Shown: positions 29,847-38,825, counted from the stretch's first letter. The stretch is 62,327 nt of DNA from Dehalococcoidia bacterium (GCA_029936935.1 JAPYRQ010000003.1:1-62327); one strand, 5' to 3'. The notes: a model not told the origin generated them from the sequence alone. Translations and numbers: made by a program.

Positions 29847-29966
29847 TGTTGAACGAACGGTTCCGGAGAGACTCTTAAGAAGAACATTAACCACCCTCGC
29901 GTAGAGAAGGCCCTCCCCTGGGTTGCGGGTCTGTGATGCTTCTGCATTGCAGGCCCGTACTTTTTG
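29847..29966 (+). ncRNA. Candidate small RNA (about 120 nt)
   Basis: Own promoter, no ORF, CCCTCCCCT tract at 29911-19, + strand terminator 29925-29965. Confidence 0.45.
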
Positions 29967-29968
29967 TC

Positions 29969-30610
29969 CTACACGTCGTTGGGGCCGTAGTGTCGAACAA
30001 AGTAGGCTGCGGCTTCGGCTCTCCGGCTGAGGTTAAGCTTCACCAGAATGCCGCTGACATAGTTCTTGACTGTCTTCTCGCTGAGGAAGAGCGTACTAGC
30101 GATCTGCTTGTTGGTCATTCCGTCTGCAATGAGCTTCAATACCTTGATCTCCTGTTCACTGGGGGCATTGCTGGGGATGGATTTCTGGTCACTGATGGTG
30201 CGAATCCTGTCCATCACACCCTGGGTGACAGCGGGATCCAACAGCGATTCTCCACGGCCTACCCTTCGGATAGCATCGACTAGATCGTTACTGCGAGCCT
30301 GCTTCAACAAGTAGCCGCTTGCTCCAGCCATGATTGAGCCCATGACCGCGCTATCGTCGGGGAACGCCGTCAGCATGATTACTTTGGTGTCAGGGTTTTC
30401 ATCCCGGATCGCCCTGCACGCCTCGACTCCACTGCCGTCTGCAAGCCGCACATCCATGATGACGACATCCGGATGGTGGGCCTTGGCTGCGTCAACGCTC
30501 TCTTGAACGGTGCCGGCCTCTGCTACAACCTCAATGTCACCGAGATGCTGAAGCAAAGTGCGTAGGCCTTCCCGTACAACTTCATGGTCGTCTGCAATTA
30601 GGACGCGCAT
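29969..30610 (-). CDS. NarL/DevR(DosR)-like response regulator
   Basis: ADDHEVVREG, MDVRLADGSGVEACR, LuxR HTH GMTNKQIA...EKTVKNYVS. Confidence 0.93.
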   Translation of the reverse strand: MRVLIADDHEVVREGLRTLLQHLGDIEVVAEAGTVQESVDAAKAHHPDVVIMDVRLADGSGVEACRAIRDENPDTKVIMLTAFPDDSAVMGSIMAGASGYLLKQARSNDLVDAIRRVGRGESLLDPAVTQGVMDRIRTISDQKSIPSNAPSEQEIKVLKLIADGMTNKQIASTLFLSEKTVKNYVSGILVKLNLSRRAEAAAYFVRHYGPNDV

Positions 30611-30619
30611 GGTTTCCTC

Positions 30620-32002
30620 CTAGCCCTGAGCCGTCGCCTCTGTTATTGGAATGTTCACTGATATCGATGTTCCCGTGCCCAATGCGCTTTCCACTTCCAG
30701 CCATCCGCCTACGCGTTGGACACGAATATCCATGTTTCTGAGCCCTTGCCGTTCTTCGCTTCTCGGCTGGAGCGGGTCAAACCCCTTGCCATCGTCCTTG
30801 ACCGTAAGTTTGAGGAGATCGTTGATGTTGCTGCCTTCCACACTGACGTTCTGTGCTTGGGCATGTTTCAGGATGTTGGTCATGGCCTCCCGCATCACCT
30901 GGAGCAGCTCCATCCGATGTGCCGAAGAGAGTGGTTCATCCAGGTTTTCGGTAATCGCCAAGTTCACGTTCAGCAGGGCATTCAGCTGAAGTTCTGTGAG
31001 AAGATCCTCAATGCCCTGATTCAACCGCTTCCCATAGTATACCTGAGGATTCAAGCCAAGGATGTTGTTTCTAAGGTCTCGGATGACCTCATCCAGTTTG
31101 TCCACAGAATACGATAGTTGGTCTGCAACCTGATGGGGGATGTCGGTTGTTGTTCTGACCACGTTTTCTAGACGCAATCCCAGGGCGTAGAGAGACTGGA
31201 TCACGCTGTCATGAAGGTCTCTGGCGATGCGTTCACGCTCCTCCAACATCGCTAGTGTCTGTACCTGTCGGTAGAGTCGTGCGTTCTCGATGGCCACAGC
31301 GGCCTGACGTGCGAACAGCACCATGATCTCCTCGTCCTCCGGAGAGAACTCTGGTTCAGACGCTTCATTGGTGAGGTAGAGCTGGCCGATCGTCCTGCCC
31401 TTTGAGACGACAGGAACACCCAGAAACCGCTCCATGGGAGGGTGTCCTTCGGGAAAACCAACGGAGCGTGAGTGTTCGCCGATACTCGGAACCCGTAGGA
31501 GATTGCCTGTCTGCATCGGTACGGCTAGCAACCCACGTTTCATGGAGGGAGGATGGCCAAGTCGCGCGCGCTCTTCTGTGGTGATGCCGGAGGTCAGGAA
31601 CGCCTCTACCTGGCCGTTCTCGTCCAACACTGCCAGTGCACTGTATCTGGCAGTGGCGACCTCCCTCGCCAGGTCGATGACCTGTTGGAACACCGCTTCA
31701 GAGGAGAGCTCAGAGGTCATTGCAAACGAGGCATCGAATAGCGCGGCAAACTGTGTGTTTCTTCGCTCCGCTCCAACATGGAGGTCAACCAACTCTCGCG
31801 TTTCGCTCTGTGATCTATTCATAACTTCAAACATACCCAGACTGAAGAGCAGAAGTGCCCCACCAACGCTGCCCCCAGCGATGCCATGGGTTACTCCAGC
31901 TGGAAGCCCATCGTCAAAAAAGAGGTAGCGCAGCAACTCCAACGCCCCTGCAAAGAGCGTGGTGAGGGTAAACCCTGCCCAAACAATACGGTTATTACGC
32001 AT
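30620..32002 (-). CDS. GAF-domain sensor histidine kinase, DevS(DosS)-like
   Basis: Two TM, GAF with SVGFPEGHPPMERFLGVP, HisKA_3 ERERIARDLHDSVIQ, HATPase. Confidence 0.92.
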   Translation of the reverse strand: MRNNRIVWAGFTLTTLFAGALELLRYLFFDDGLPAGVTHGIAGGSVGGALLLFSLGMFEVMNRSQSETRELVDLHVGAERRNTQFAALFDASFAMTSELSSEAVFQQVIDLAREVATARYSALAVLDENGQVEAFLTSGITTEERARLGHPPSMKRGLLAVPMQTGNLLRVPSIGEHSRSVGFPEGHPPMERFLGVPVVSKGRTIGQLYLTNEASEPEFSPEDEEIMVLFARQAAVAIENARLYRQVQTLAMLEERERIARDLHDSVIQSLYALGLRLENVVRTTTDIPHQVADQLSYSVDKLDEVIRDLRNNILGLNPQVYYGKRLNQGIEDLLTELQLNALLNVNLAITENLDEPLSSAHRMELLQVMREAMTNILKHAQAQNVSVEGSNINDLLKLTVKDDGKGFDPLQPRSEERQGLRNMDIRVQRVGGWLEVESALGTGTSISVNIPITEATAQG

Positions 32003-32192
32003 GATAGTAGTGTGCGCATGCTAGCATATTTGTACGTGGGAAGGTTCATTTCACTGGCATACGTTGACCGTTTGTGTTATTGTTGCTGCGTGGTGGTCCG
32101 ATCCCAATGAAGATGTGCGCTATGAAATCAAACGTACCTCAATACATCGGAGACCGGTCCCGTGGTTATTCTTTTAGGAAAGGAGGTCACCG

Positions 32193-32492
32193 ATGGCTTT
32201 TGAGGATAAGACACTTACTTGTGTAGAGTGTGGAGCAGATTTCACATTCGAAGCAGGCGAGCAAGAGTATTTCGCGCAGAAGGGATTCACTAACGAACCC
32301 CGCCGCTGCCCCACCTGCCGCTCGGCTCGACGTGCTGCCAGTGGTGGTGGTTACGATCGCGGCCCGCGACAGATGTATCCCGCGGTTTGCGCCCAGTGCG
32401 GTCAGGACACCCAAGTCCCGTTCCTGCCGCGCGGCGACCGTCCTGTCTACTGTAGCGATTGCTTCAGTCAGCAGGCCGGCGGACGACGGTAA
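32193..32492 (+). CDS. Zinc-ribbon / CxxC-x17-CxxC domain protein
   Basis: CVEC...CPTC...CAQC-x17-CSDC; AGGAGG RBS. Confidence 0.92.
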   Translation: MAFEDKTLTCVECGADFTFEAGEQEYFAQKGFTNEPRRCPTCRSARRAASGGGYDRGPRQMYPAVCAQCGQDTQVPFLPRGDRPVYCSDCFSQQAGGRR

Positions 32493-32517
32493 GGTAAACA
32501 TCTAACCGCGCCAAAAG

Positions 32518-32556
32518 AAAAAGAGGCGACTGCCTATAAAGCAGTCGCCTCTTTTT
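32518..32556. terminator. Bidirectional intrinsic terminator
   Basis: aaaaagaggcgactgc / gcagtcgcctcttttt between convergent genes. Confidence 0.85.
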
Positions 32557-32576
32557 GTTGTTCTCTTTAGAACCCT

Positions 32577-33761
32577 TTAAGAGACAGGAACTGTCTTGAC
32601 CTCATGGGCTTGGAGTGCCGGGAGGACGTCCTTACCAAACCTCCGAAGCTGCTCCATGAACATATCACCTGGCATCGCCCCTCTGTTGAAGCTAATGAGC
32701 AACGTATTCGCGCCCACCTCGTCAGCCGTTGCTATGAGCCTGTCCCTGACTTCGCTTGCCGGTCCCCATGCCAGATCCTCGCTACGTTCCACGTCTTCAA
32801 TGGTCATGTTCCTGTAGCTCTCTCGGTTGCCTGCCATGAACTTTCGGTTCTCAGGTTGTACGTAGTCGTAGGCGTCTGAGTTGATGTAGCCCTGCGCTTG
32901 CTGTAAAGACGCCTCCGTGATGTTGCCGTGGCTGAATAACGTCTGACTGAAGTACAGCGAGTACGGGCCGGCCTGCTTCACGGCTTCGGCTCTGCTATCA
33001 GCAACAAAGGCATTGACGGGAAGAATCAGATGATCGGGCGTAATCTGATGCCCGTTCTCACCGAGGCATTTGGCGTAGTAGTTCACAATATCGTGTCGTA
33101 CGCCCATGTGTGGCACTAGCCCCGGTGTTATGGGGAAATTCTCCCTACCCGCGAACTGGATGGTCTCTTTGCTACCGGTTACCGGCAACCATACGGGCGG
33201 TCGAGGCTGCTGGTACGGCCGAGGCCATATTGCAACATCTTTGTATGTCCAGAAATTGCCTTCGTAAGAGAAGACCTCCTCTGTCCATGCCCTTTTAATG
33301 ATTTCCCAAGACTCCTCAAAGCGTGCTCGAGAGTCCTTCATCGACACCTGGAAAACGTTGTGCTCACGCGGAATGCCTCGAGCGAAACCGGAGATGAGCC
33401 GCCCCTCTGAAAGGCAGTCCACCATCGACAGCTCTTCTGCGAGTCGCAGCGGGTCATGGATGGGGAGCAGGTTGCCATACACCAGCAGCTTCAGGTTCTT
33501 GGTGCGCTGTGCCGCCGCCGCCACCATGATGTTGGGAGAATTCATCAGTCCATAGGGCGATGTGTGGTGCTCGTTAAAGCCGATGCCGTCATAACCCAAC
33601 TCGTCCATCAACGTCCACGCCTGCAGGTGCTCTTCGTATGTCTGCGCGGCTACCGTGGGGTCGAAGTGCTTCTTGGGTAGCGGCCACGGCAATTCGGTAC
33701 CCTCTCGCAAGTGGCCGAGGTGTTCTCCGTACGGAAGCAGATCAAAGGCAAAGACCTTCAT
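32577..33761 (-). CDS. LLM-class flavin-dependent oxidoreductase (luciferase-like)
   Basis: GFNEHH, PLRLAEELSMVD, GRLISGFARG, PRPYQQPRPP. Confidence 0.92.
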   Translation of the reverse strand: MKVFAFDLLPYGEHLGHLREGTELPWPLPKKHFDPTVAAQTYEEHLQAWTLMDELGYDGIGFNEHHTSPYGLMNSPNIMVAAAAQRTKNLKLLVYGNLLPIHDPLRLAEELSMVDCLSEGRLISGFARGIPREHNVFQVSMKDSRARFEESWEIIKRAWTEEVFSYEGNFWTYKDVAIWPRPYQQPRPPVWLPVTGSKETIQFAGRENFPITPGLVPHMGVRHDIVNYYAKCLGENGHQITPDHLILPVNAFVADSRAEAVKQAGPYSLYFSQTLFSHGNITEASLQQAQGYINSDAYDYVQPENRKFMAGNRESYRNMTIEDVERSEDLAWGPASEVRDRLIATADEVGANTLLISFNRGAMPGDMFMEQLRRFGKDVLPALQAHEVKTVPVS

Positions 33762-33846
33762 GGGCAATGCTCCTTTGGAGTGTTGATTGCTACGGGTAGA
33801 CTAGGGAGACGGCCAACCAACGTCAAGAGGCGGATTGTATATAACA

Positions 33847-33882
33847 AGGAGGCCCGCCCCAACGAATCGGGACGGGCCTCCT
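33847..33882 (-). terminator. Terminator after amt-PII
   Basis: aggaggcccg / cgggcctcct hairpin with T-rich tail on the minus strand. Confidence 0.6.
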
Positions 33883-33908
33883 CCCCTGACAATATTACTG
33901 TGCGATGG

Positions 33909-34262
33909 TTAGAGTGCTGCCTCGCCTCGCTCGTTGGTGCGTACTCGTGCAAGGTCCAGCATGGCGGTGATAAAGATCTTGCCGTCACCGATGGCACCCT
34001 CGCCCGGGCTCTTGGACGCTTCAATGATGGCGGTAATGACCTTGTCCTTCATCCCATCCTCTACTACCGTCCGGATGCAGGTCTTCTGTACTGCAGACCG
34101 GGTGGCTGTCTGTCCTGCGCGGCCTACGAAGACCTCTACGCCGGCCTGACGACCCTGTCCTGTCACGTTGTAGTAGTAGAACCCCGGGACGCCTACATCT
34201 TCAAGGGCAGTGGTGACGGCGCCAATACGTTCCGGCCGAACAACTGCTTCTATGCAAATCAT
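33909..34262 (-). CDS. P-II family nitrogen regulator (GlnK-like, atypical T-loop)
   Basis: IEAVVRP, GQGRQ, IGDGKIF, RVRT; immediately downstream of amt. Confidence 0.9.
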   Translation of the reverse strand: MICIEAVVRPERIGAVTTALEDVGVPGFYYYNVTGQGRQAGVEVFVGRAGQTATRSAVQKTCIRTVVEDGMKDKVITAIIEASKSPGEGAIGDGKIFITAMLDLARVRTNERGEAAL

Positions 34263-34321
34263 CTGCTTAACTCCTTCTTGGAATTTCCCGTTTTTACTAT
34301 ATCAGGATGAATTGTTGAATA

Positions 34322-35524
34322 TTAATCCGCGCCGTCGCTCACATATGCGCGTTCACCGTGGGCTGTCAGGTCAAGGCCCTGGTCTTCATCATTCTCAGAG
34401 ACTCTCAGACCCAGGCCAGGAATGATGTCCAGTACCTTCAGGATAACCGCTGTCGCAACGAGGGAGTAACCGAGGGTTGCTCCGATGGCAATGAACTGTG
34501 TTCCCATAATCCCGCGGTTGCCCTCGATAAGTCCATCCGTGCCGCCAATGACCCCGACTGCAAAGATGCCTGTTGCGATTGCGCCCCAGAGGCCTCCGAC
34601 TCCGTGGACTGCGACGACTTCCAAAGCATCGTCAAACTTGAGCTTGGCACGGAGGAGGACTGCGCCATAGCAGAGCGCTCCTGCGCCGAAGCCGATTGCT
34701 ATTGCGCCCATGACCCCTACAAAACCGGAAGCCGGGGTTATTGCTACCAAGCCAGCTACCGCACCGGAGGCCACACCAATTGCGCTCATGCGTCCGGTCT
34801 GAATCTGGGAAATGATTCCCCATGTCAGCGCTGCTGTAGCAGCAGAAATATTGGTGACCAGGAATGCGTTCACTGCAATCTCGTTGGCCGCCAAACCCGA
34901 TCCTGCGTTGAATCCGAACCAACCGAACCACAGGATGGCTGCGCCAAGGACGACATAGGGAACGTTGTGTGGTTCAGACGCTGCGTTCTTGCGCCTGCCC
35001 ACCATGACTGCCGCAACAAGTGCTGCAATACCAGCGTTGATGTGGACTACTGTGCCGCCGGCAAAGTCCAGGGCACCCTTCTCAAAGAGCCAACCATCGC
35101 CAGCCCATACCCAGTGTGCTATCGGTACGTACACAAGGGTGACCCACAGGACCAGGAAGACCAGGTATGTGGTGAACTTGAACCGTTCCACGATTGCGCC
35201 GGTAATCAGCGCGGGGGTGATGATGGCGAACATCATCTGGAATACCACAAAGAGCAACTCATCGCCGTCATTCATCACATCTAAGCCACTCAGGCCGAGG
35301 TGACTGAAGTCGCCAATGAACTTCCCGCCTTCGCCAAATGCCAGACTGTACCCCCAAAGCACCCATACAAGGCTCACAACCGCCATGGCTATGAAGCTGT
35401 ACATGATGGTGCTGACCACGTTCCGTGATCGAACCAGACCACCATAGAAAAACGCCAATCCCGGCGTCATGAACAAGACCAGGGCTGATGCTGCGAGCAT
35501 CCAGGCTGTATTGCCGCTATCCAT
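34322..35524 (-). CDS. amtB: Ammonium transporter
   Basis: LFMTPGLAFFYGG, FQMMFA, DFAGGTVVH, WFGWFGFNAGS, twin-His partner VHGVGG. Confidence 0.96.
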   Translation of the reverse strand: MDSGNTAWMLAASALVLFMTPGLAFFYGGLVRSRNVVSTIMYSFIAMAVVSLVWVLWGYSLAFGEGGKFIGDFSHLGLSGLDVMNDGDELLFVVFQMMFAIITPALITGAIVERFKFTTYLVFLVLWVTLVYVPIAHWVWAGDGWLFEKGALDFAGGTVVHINAGIAALVAAVMVGRRKNAASEPHNVPYVVLGAAILWFGWFGFNAGSGLAANEIAVNAFLVTNISAATAALTWGIISQIQTGRMSAIGVASGAVAGLVAITPASGFVGVMGAIAIGFGAGALCYGAVLLRAKLKFDDALEVVAVHGVGGLWGAIATGIFAVGVIGGTDGLIEGNRGIMGTQFIAIGATLGYSLVATAVILKVLDIIPGLGLRVSENDEDQGLDLTAHGERAYVSDGAD

Positions 35525-35592
35525 GAACTCCTCCGTTCTGTGCTGGGGGCATCCCAGCGAGTTTCGATTAAAGTCCATATTGCGGCACAGAT

Positions 35593-35630
35593 GTTTCGTG
35601 GAGATTACGCAGATGTTACGAAGTTGTTAC
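35593..35630 (-). promoter_or_regulatory. GlnR-box-like direct repeats upstream of amt
   Basis: Minus strand GTAAC-n6-GTAAC-n6-GTAAT-n6-GAAAC, exact 11-bp period. Confidence 0.7.
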
Positions 35631-35691
35631 ATGAATACCCGAGGGGTAAAAGAGGAGAGCCTGAGCGAGTCATATTCGAAGTCGCAGTCCG

Positions 35692-35892
35692 TCAATCAGC
35701 GAAGGAAAGCTTGGGGCCAACGGAGATCAACAGGTAAGAAACGAAGCCTACCGCTACCACCACGGCGATTAAAAGAGGGATGACCCACCAATCCATTTTC
35801 GTCCCTGACGGGTTTCCCTTGGGGTGAGCCGACGACAGGTGGGCTACCAGCGTGCCTTCAAAATCCTTATTACATATACCGCAGTGCTCCAT
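35692..35892 (-). CDS. 66-aa C2H2-type Zn-finger protein with C-terminal TM
   Basis: CGIC-x10-H-x4-H followed by a hydrophobic helix; AGGAG RBS. Confidence 0.7.
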   Translation of the reverse strand: MEHCGICNKDFEGTLVAHLSSAHPKGNPSGTKMDWWVIPLLIAVVVAVGFVSYLLISVGPKLSFAD

Positions 35893-35923
35893 GGCGTCAC
35901 TCCTAGACGGATGCGTTGCCTTT

Positions 35924-36136
35924 TTAGTCGGAACCAGGCAGGTTAATGGCCCACTTGGCGCCGAGTTTGAACGTCAGGAATATGAGCGGCGGTGCCCCCA
36001 CCAACAAAAACGGCAATCCCCACCACTCGCCGTAGCTGAATCCATAGATCAGCGGCACTACTAGGCACGCCACACCGCCAATCATGACCGCAAACCACGC
36101 TATGTACTGTGCAATACGTTTGAACACGAGATTCAT
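35924..36136 (-). CDS. 70-aa two-TM membrane protein
   Basis: Two hydrophobic helices. Confidence 0.6.
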   Translation of the reverse strand: MNLVFKRIAQYIAWFAVMIGGVACLVVPLIYGFSYGEWWGLPFLLVGAPPLIFLTFKLGAKWAINLPGSD

Positions 36137-36153
36137 GGGGGGATGGTATCACG

Positions 36154-36194
36154 CCAGGGCTTAGCCCTGGACCCATTCTGCCAGGCCCTGGCTA
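36154..36194 (-). repeat. REP-like element copy 2 (degenerate 5' half)
   Basis: tagcc...tgggt-ccagggc-taa-gccctgg. Confidence 0.5.
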
Positions 36195-36299
36195 ATCTTG
36201 CGAAGCGAACCAGAAGAGCCAGCTAAGCGCGGCCAGACCAATGAGGCCGAACACCAGCTTGTTGGAGAATTTTGCTCGTTTGGGTTGCTTTGATGACAT
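36192..36299 (-). CDS. 35-aa single-TM microprotein
   Basis: MSSKQPKRAKFSNKLVFGLIGLAALSWLFWFASQD; positive-inside N-terminus plus TM. Confidence 0.5.
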   Translation of the reverse strand: MSSKQPKRAKFSNKLVFGLIGLAALSWLFWFASQD

Positions 36300-36375
36300 G
36301 GTATCAACCTAACGTTTTGAACCGGATGGTTCATGCTGATTAACGATAATAAACCGTCAGGGAGCAGGCTTCCCG

Positions 36376-36570
36376 CTAAGCGGGACCCAGGCGAAGATCT
36401 GCTGAGTACTGGACGCGCACAATGTGGCTGGGATTGGATTCCTTCATGTGTCGTTTCCCAACCTCCACCTGAAAGGTTTCAGCTGCTTCTTCCAGTTCTT
36501 TGCCTCTCAGGTCAACTTCTTTGTCCAATTCAAAGGTGCATTGGGTACACCAGGCTTGTAACGTCCGCAT
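36376..36570 (-). CDS. 64-aa putative Zn-binding protein
   Basis: CTQC...H-x7-H; AGGAG RBS. Confidence 0.6.
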   Translation of the reverse strand: MRTLQAWCTQCTFELDKEVDLRGKELEEAAETFQVEVGKRHMKESNPSHIVRVQYSADLRLGPA

Positions 36571-36633
36571 GGGGCTCCTAAAAAATCGCCTTGTATGAAG
36601 GATAGCACGGCCCGAAGAATGGAAGGTCGTTGG

Positions 36634-36861
36634 TTACGCCAGGGCCTCGCTCCGGGTACGTTGGATAAACCGCTGGAGTGCGACGAGTGCCCAGATAGCC
36701 TCTATGACAGTGATGGGATACACCTCCGATAGGCCGCTGTAGACGGATGTGCCCGCAGATGCCAGCGCGAAGGCCAGGATATACCATCGAGAGCGTGGCT
36801 CAAGCCAGTACGCCAGCATCATGATTGCAACCACGACCGAGCCAAATACCGTCAGCATCAC
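36634..36861 (-). CDS. Small three-TM membrane protein (CBU_0592-like)
   Basis: Three TM; YS...YP..VIEAIW; AAGGAGG RBS. Confidence 0.65.
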   Translation of the reverse strand: MMLTVFGSVVVAIMMLAYWLEPRSRWYILAFALASAGTSVYSGLSEVYPITVIEAIWALVALQRFIQRTRSEALA

Positions 36862-36964
36862 GTCCTCCTTCGCAGAGTAGTTTACGGCATTGTTGGCGTT
36901 GACTGACGCAACCCACTGTGTAAGCCTGTTGGCTCTGCCACAAACTTCATCAGGACGTGTATGT

Positions 36965-37717
36965 ATGACTCAATCAATGCAAGGAAAAACCGCTGTTGTC
37001 ACCGGCGCCACATCTGGGATCGGATGGGCGAGCGTTCTCAATTTTGCTAGGCATGGCGTAAACGTTGTCGCATCAGGTCGACGTGAGGATCGAGGCTCGG
37101 CACTTCTCGCAGAGACTGAAGCGCTGCCGGGAAAGGTCATCTTCGTTCGGACCGATGTAACAGTTCCGGCCGATGTCGAGAACCTGATGGCAAAGGCAAT
37201 CGCAGAGTTCGGGCAAATCGATTACGCCTTCAACAACGCCGGTGGTTCTATAAATGCCGCTAGGATACATGAGATGTCGGAGGAGGATTGGGACCACTAC
37301 TCGGATACGTATTTGAAGAGTGTCTGGCGATGTATGAAGCATGAGATTGTCCACATGCTCCCTAATGAGTCTGGCGTAATCATCAATAATGCATCGACAT
37401 CAGGATTGTCCAGCTCCGACAACGCCGCATATGCAGCGGTGAAGCACGGCGTAGTGGGTCTGACCAAATCGACCTCACGACAGTACAAGGGCGAGGGATT
37501 GAGGTTCAACGCGGTTTGCCCTGGTTGGGTTGAGACGGAGATGACTGCTGGGTGGCAGGACAACCCGGCCAAAAGGGAAGAGGTTGTGTCTCAGCAACAC
37601 ATCCAGCGGATAGGCGAGCCTGAAGAGGTAGCTAACCTGGTGCGGTGGATGTGCTCAGATGAGGCGGCCTACATCACCGGAGTTGCCTGGCTGATTGATG
37701 GTGGGATTAGCGCCTGA
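36965..37717 (+). CDS. Short-chain dehydrogenase/reductase
   Basis: TGATSGIG, NNAG, YAAVK, NAVCPG. Confidence 0.93.
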   Translation: MTQSMQGKTAVVTGATSGIGWASVLNFARHGVNVVASGRREDRGSALLAETEALPGKVIFVRTDVTVPADVENLMAKAIAEFGQIDYAFNNAGGSINAARIHEMSEEDWDHYSDTYLKSVWRCMKHEIVHMLPNESGVIINNASTSGLSSSDNAAYAAVKHGVVGLTKSTSRQYKGEGLRFNAVCPGWVETEMTAGWQDNPAKREEVVSQQHIQRIGEPEEVANLVRWMCSDEAAYITGVAWLIDGGISA

Positions 37718-37748
37718 ATACCCGATTCTGATAATTTTGACGAGGTTT

Positions 37749-37785
37749 GGTAACCGCAGGCATATAGGTCCAGGACTGGTCCTGG
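37749..37785 (+). repeat. REP-like element copy 3
   Basis: ggtaaccgcaggcatataggt-ccaggac-tg-gtcctgg. Confidence 0.65.
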
Positions 37786-37953
37786 CTGGTTGACACAGGT
37801 ACGGCCACATAGGTACCATGCCACCTAACGAATTCCCTCGCAGGCGCGTATAGCCCTTACTAATCAATTCCTGTGACTGATGATGGACATTCGTAAGTGG
37901 AATAAGAGCCATGCTCCATTTCCGGAAACTATTTGAATCAAGGGAGGATGCCA

Positions 37954-38823
37954 TTGCGCCCAATTGAGTATGTAGCGGCCAAGACCGTACAAGAAGCCGT
38001 AACGTCCCTGGCGGAGAAAGGTGATGCAGCGCGGCCCCTCGCGGGTGGTACTGACATCATCGTTCAACTGCGAGGCGGCAGACGGCAGCTAGACCGGCTG
38101 GTTGATATGAAGGCCATCCCAGAGCTGAATGAGCTCACATACAACGCTAGTTCAGGATTGCGCATCGGAGCGGCAGTCCCTTGCTACCGCGTGTACGGCA
38201 ATGCCGAAGTCGCCGGTGCCTACCCCGGCCTTATCGATGCTGCATCACTGGTTGGTGGCATCCAGATTCAAGGTCGAGGCTCCATTGGCGGAAACCTCTG
38301 CAACGCGGCACCCAGCGGTGACACCATCCCGGCCCTCATCGCCCACAGCGCCGTTGCTGAGATCACTGGTCCTGGTGGCAGTCGCGAAGTGCCCGTTGAA
38401 GACTTCTGTACTGCACCGGGTCGCACGGTGATTCAATCTGGCGAAATCCTGGTTGCGATTCGCATCCCTGCGCCTGCGGCCCATTTTGGGGCATGCTACA
38501 TGCGCTTCATCCCCCGGAATGAAATGGACATCGCCGTTGTTGGCGTCGGGGCCTCCGTGGTCATGGACGGCAACAAGGTCACTGCCTGCCGGATAGCCTT
38601 GGCCTCTGTAGCACCTACACCGGTGTATGCAGCAGCAGCAGGCGCCGTCCTCGCCGGCAAAGAGGCAACGGAAGAGAACATCAACGCGGTAGCTGAAGTA
38701 GCACAGTCCGCAGCCACCCCAATCTCAGATATGCGCGGCACGGCAGAGTACCGCACGCACCTCATTGGTGTGCTGACTCGCCGAGCATTGCAGAGCGCTA
38801 TCCAGCGCGCGAAGGGAGCATAA
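37954..38823 (+). CDS. Xanthine dehydrogenase family FAD subunit (CoxM-like)
   Basis: LAGGTD, SIGGNLCNAAPSGD, PISDMRGTAEYR. Confidence 0.92.
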   Translation: MRPIEYVAAKTVQEAVTSLAEKGDAARPLAGGTDIIVQLRGGRRQLDRLVDMKAIPELNELTYNASSGLRIGAAVPCYRVYGNAEVAGAYPGLIDAASLVGGIQIQGRGSIGGNLCNAAPSGDTIPALIAHSAVAEITGPGGSREVPVEDFCTAPGRTVIQSGEILVAIRIPAPAAHFGACYMRFIPRNEMDIAVVGVGASVVMDGNKVTACRIALASVAPTPVYAAAAGAVLAGKEATEENINAVAEVAQSAATPISDMRGTAEYRTHLIGVLTRRALQSAIQRAKGA

Positions 38824-38825
38824 CC

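Noticed and set aside
32090-32190. Structured 5' UTR of the CxxC-x17-CxxC gene
   Set aside because: Only short pairing (ggtccgat/atcggagacc) is visible; not enough without homologs.
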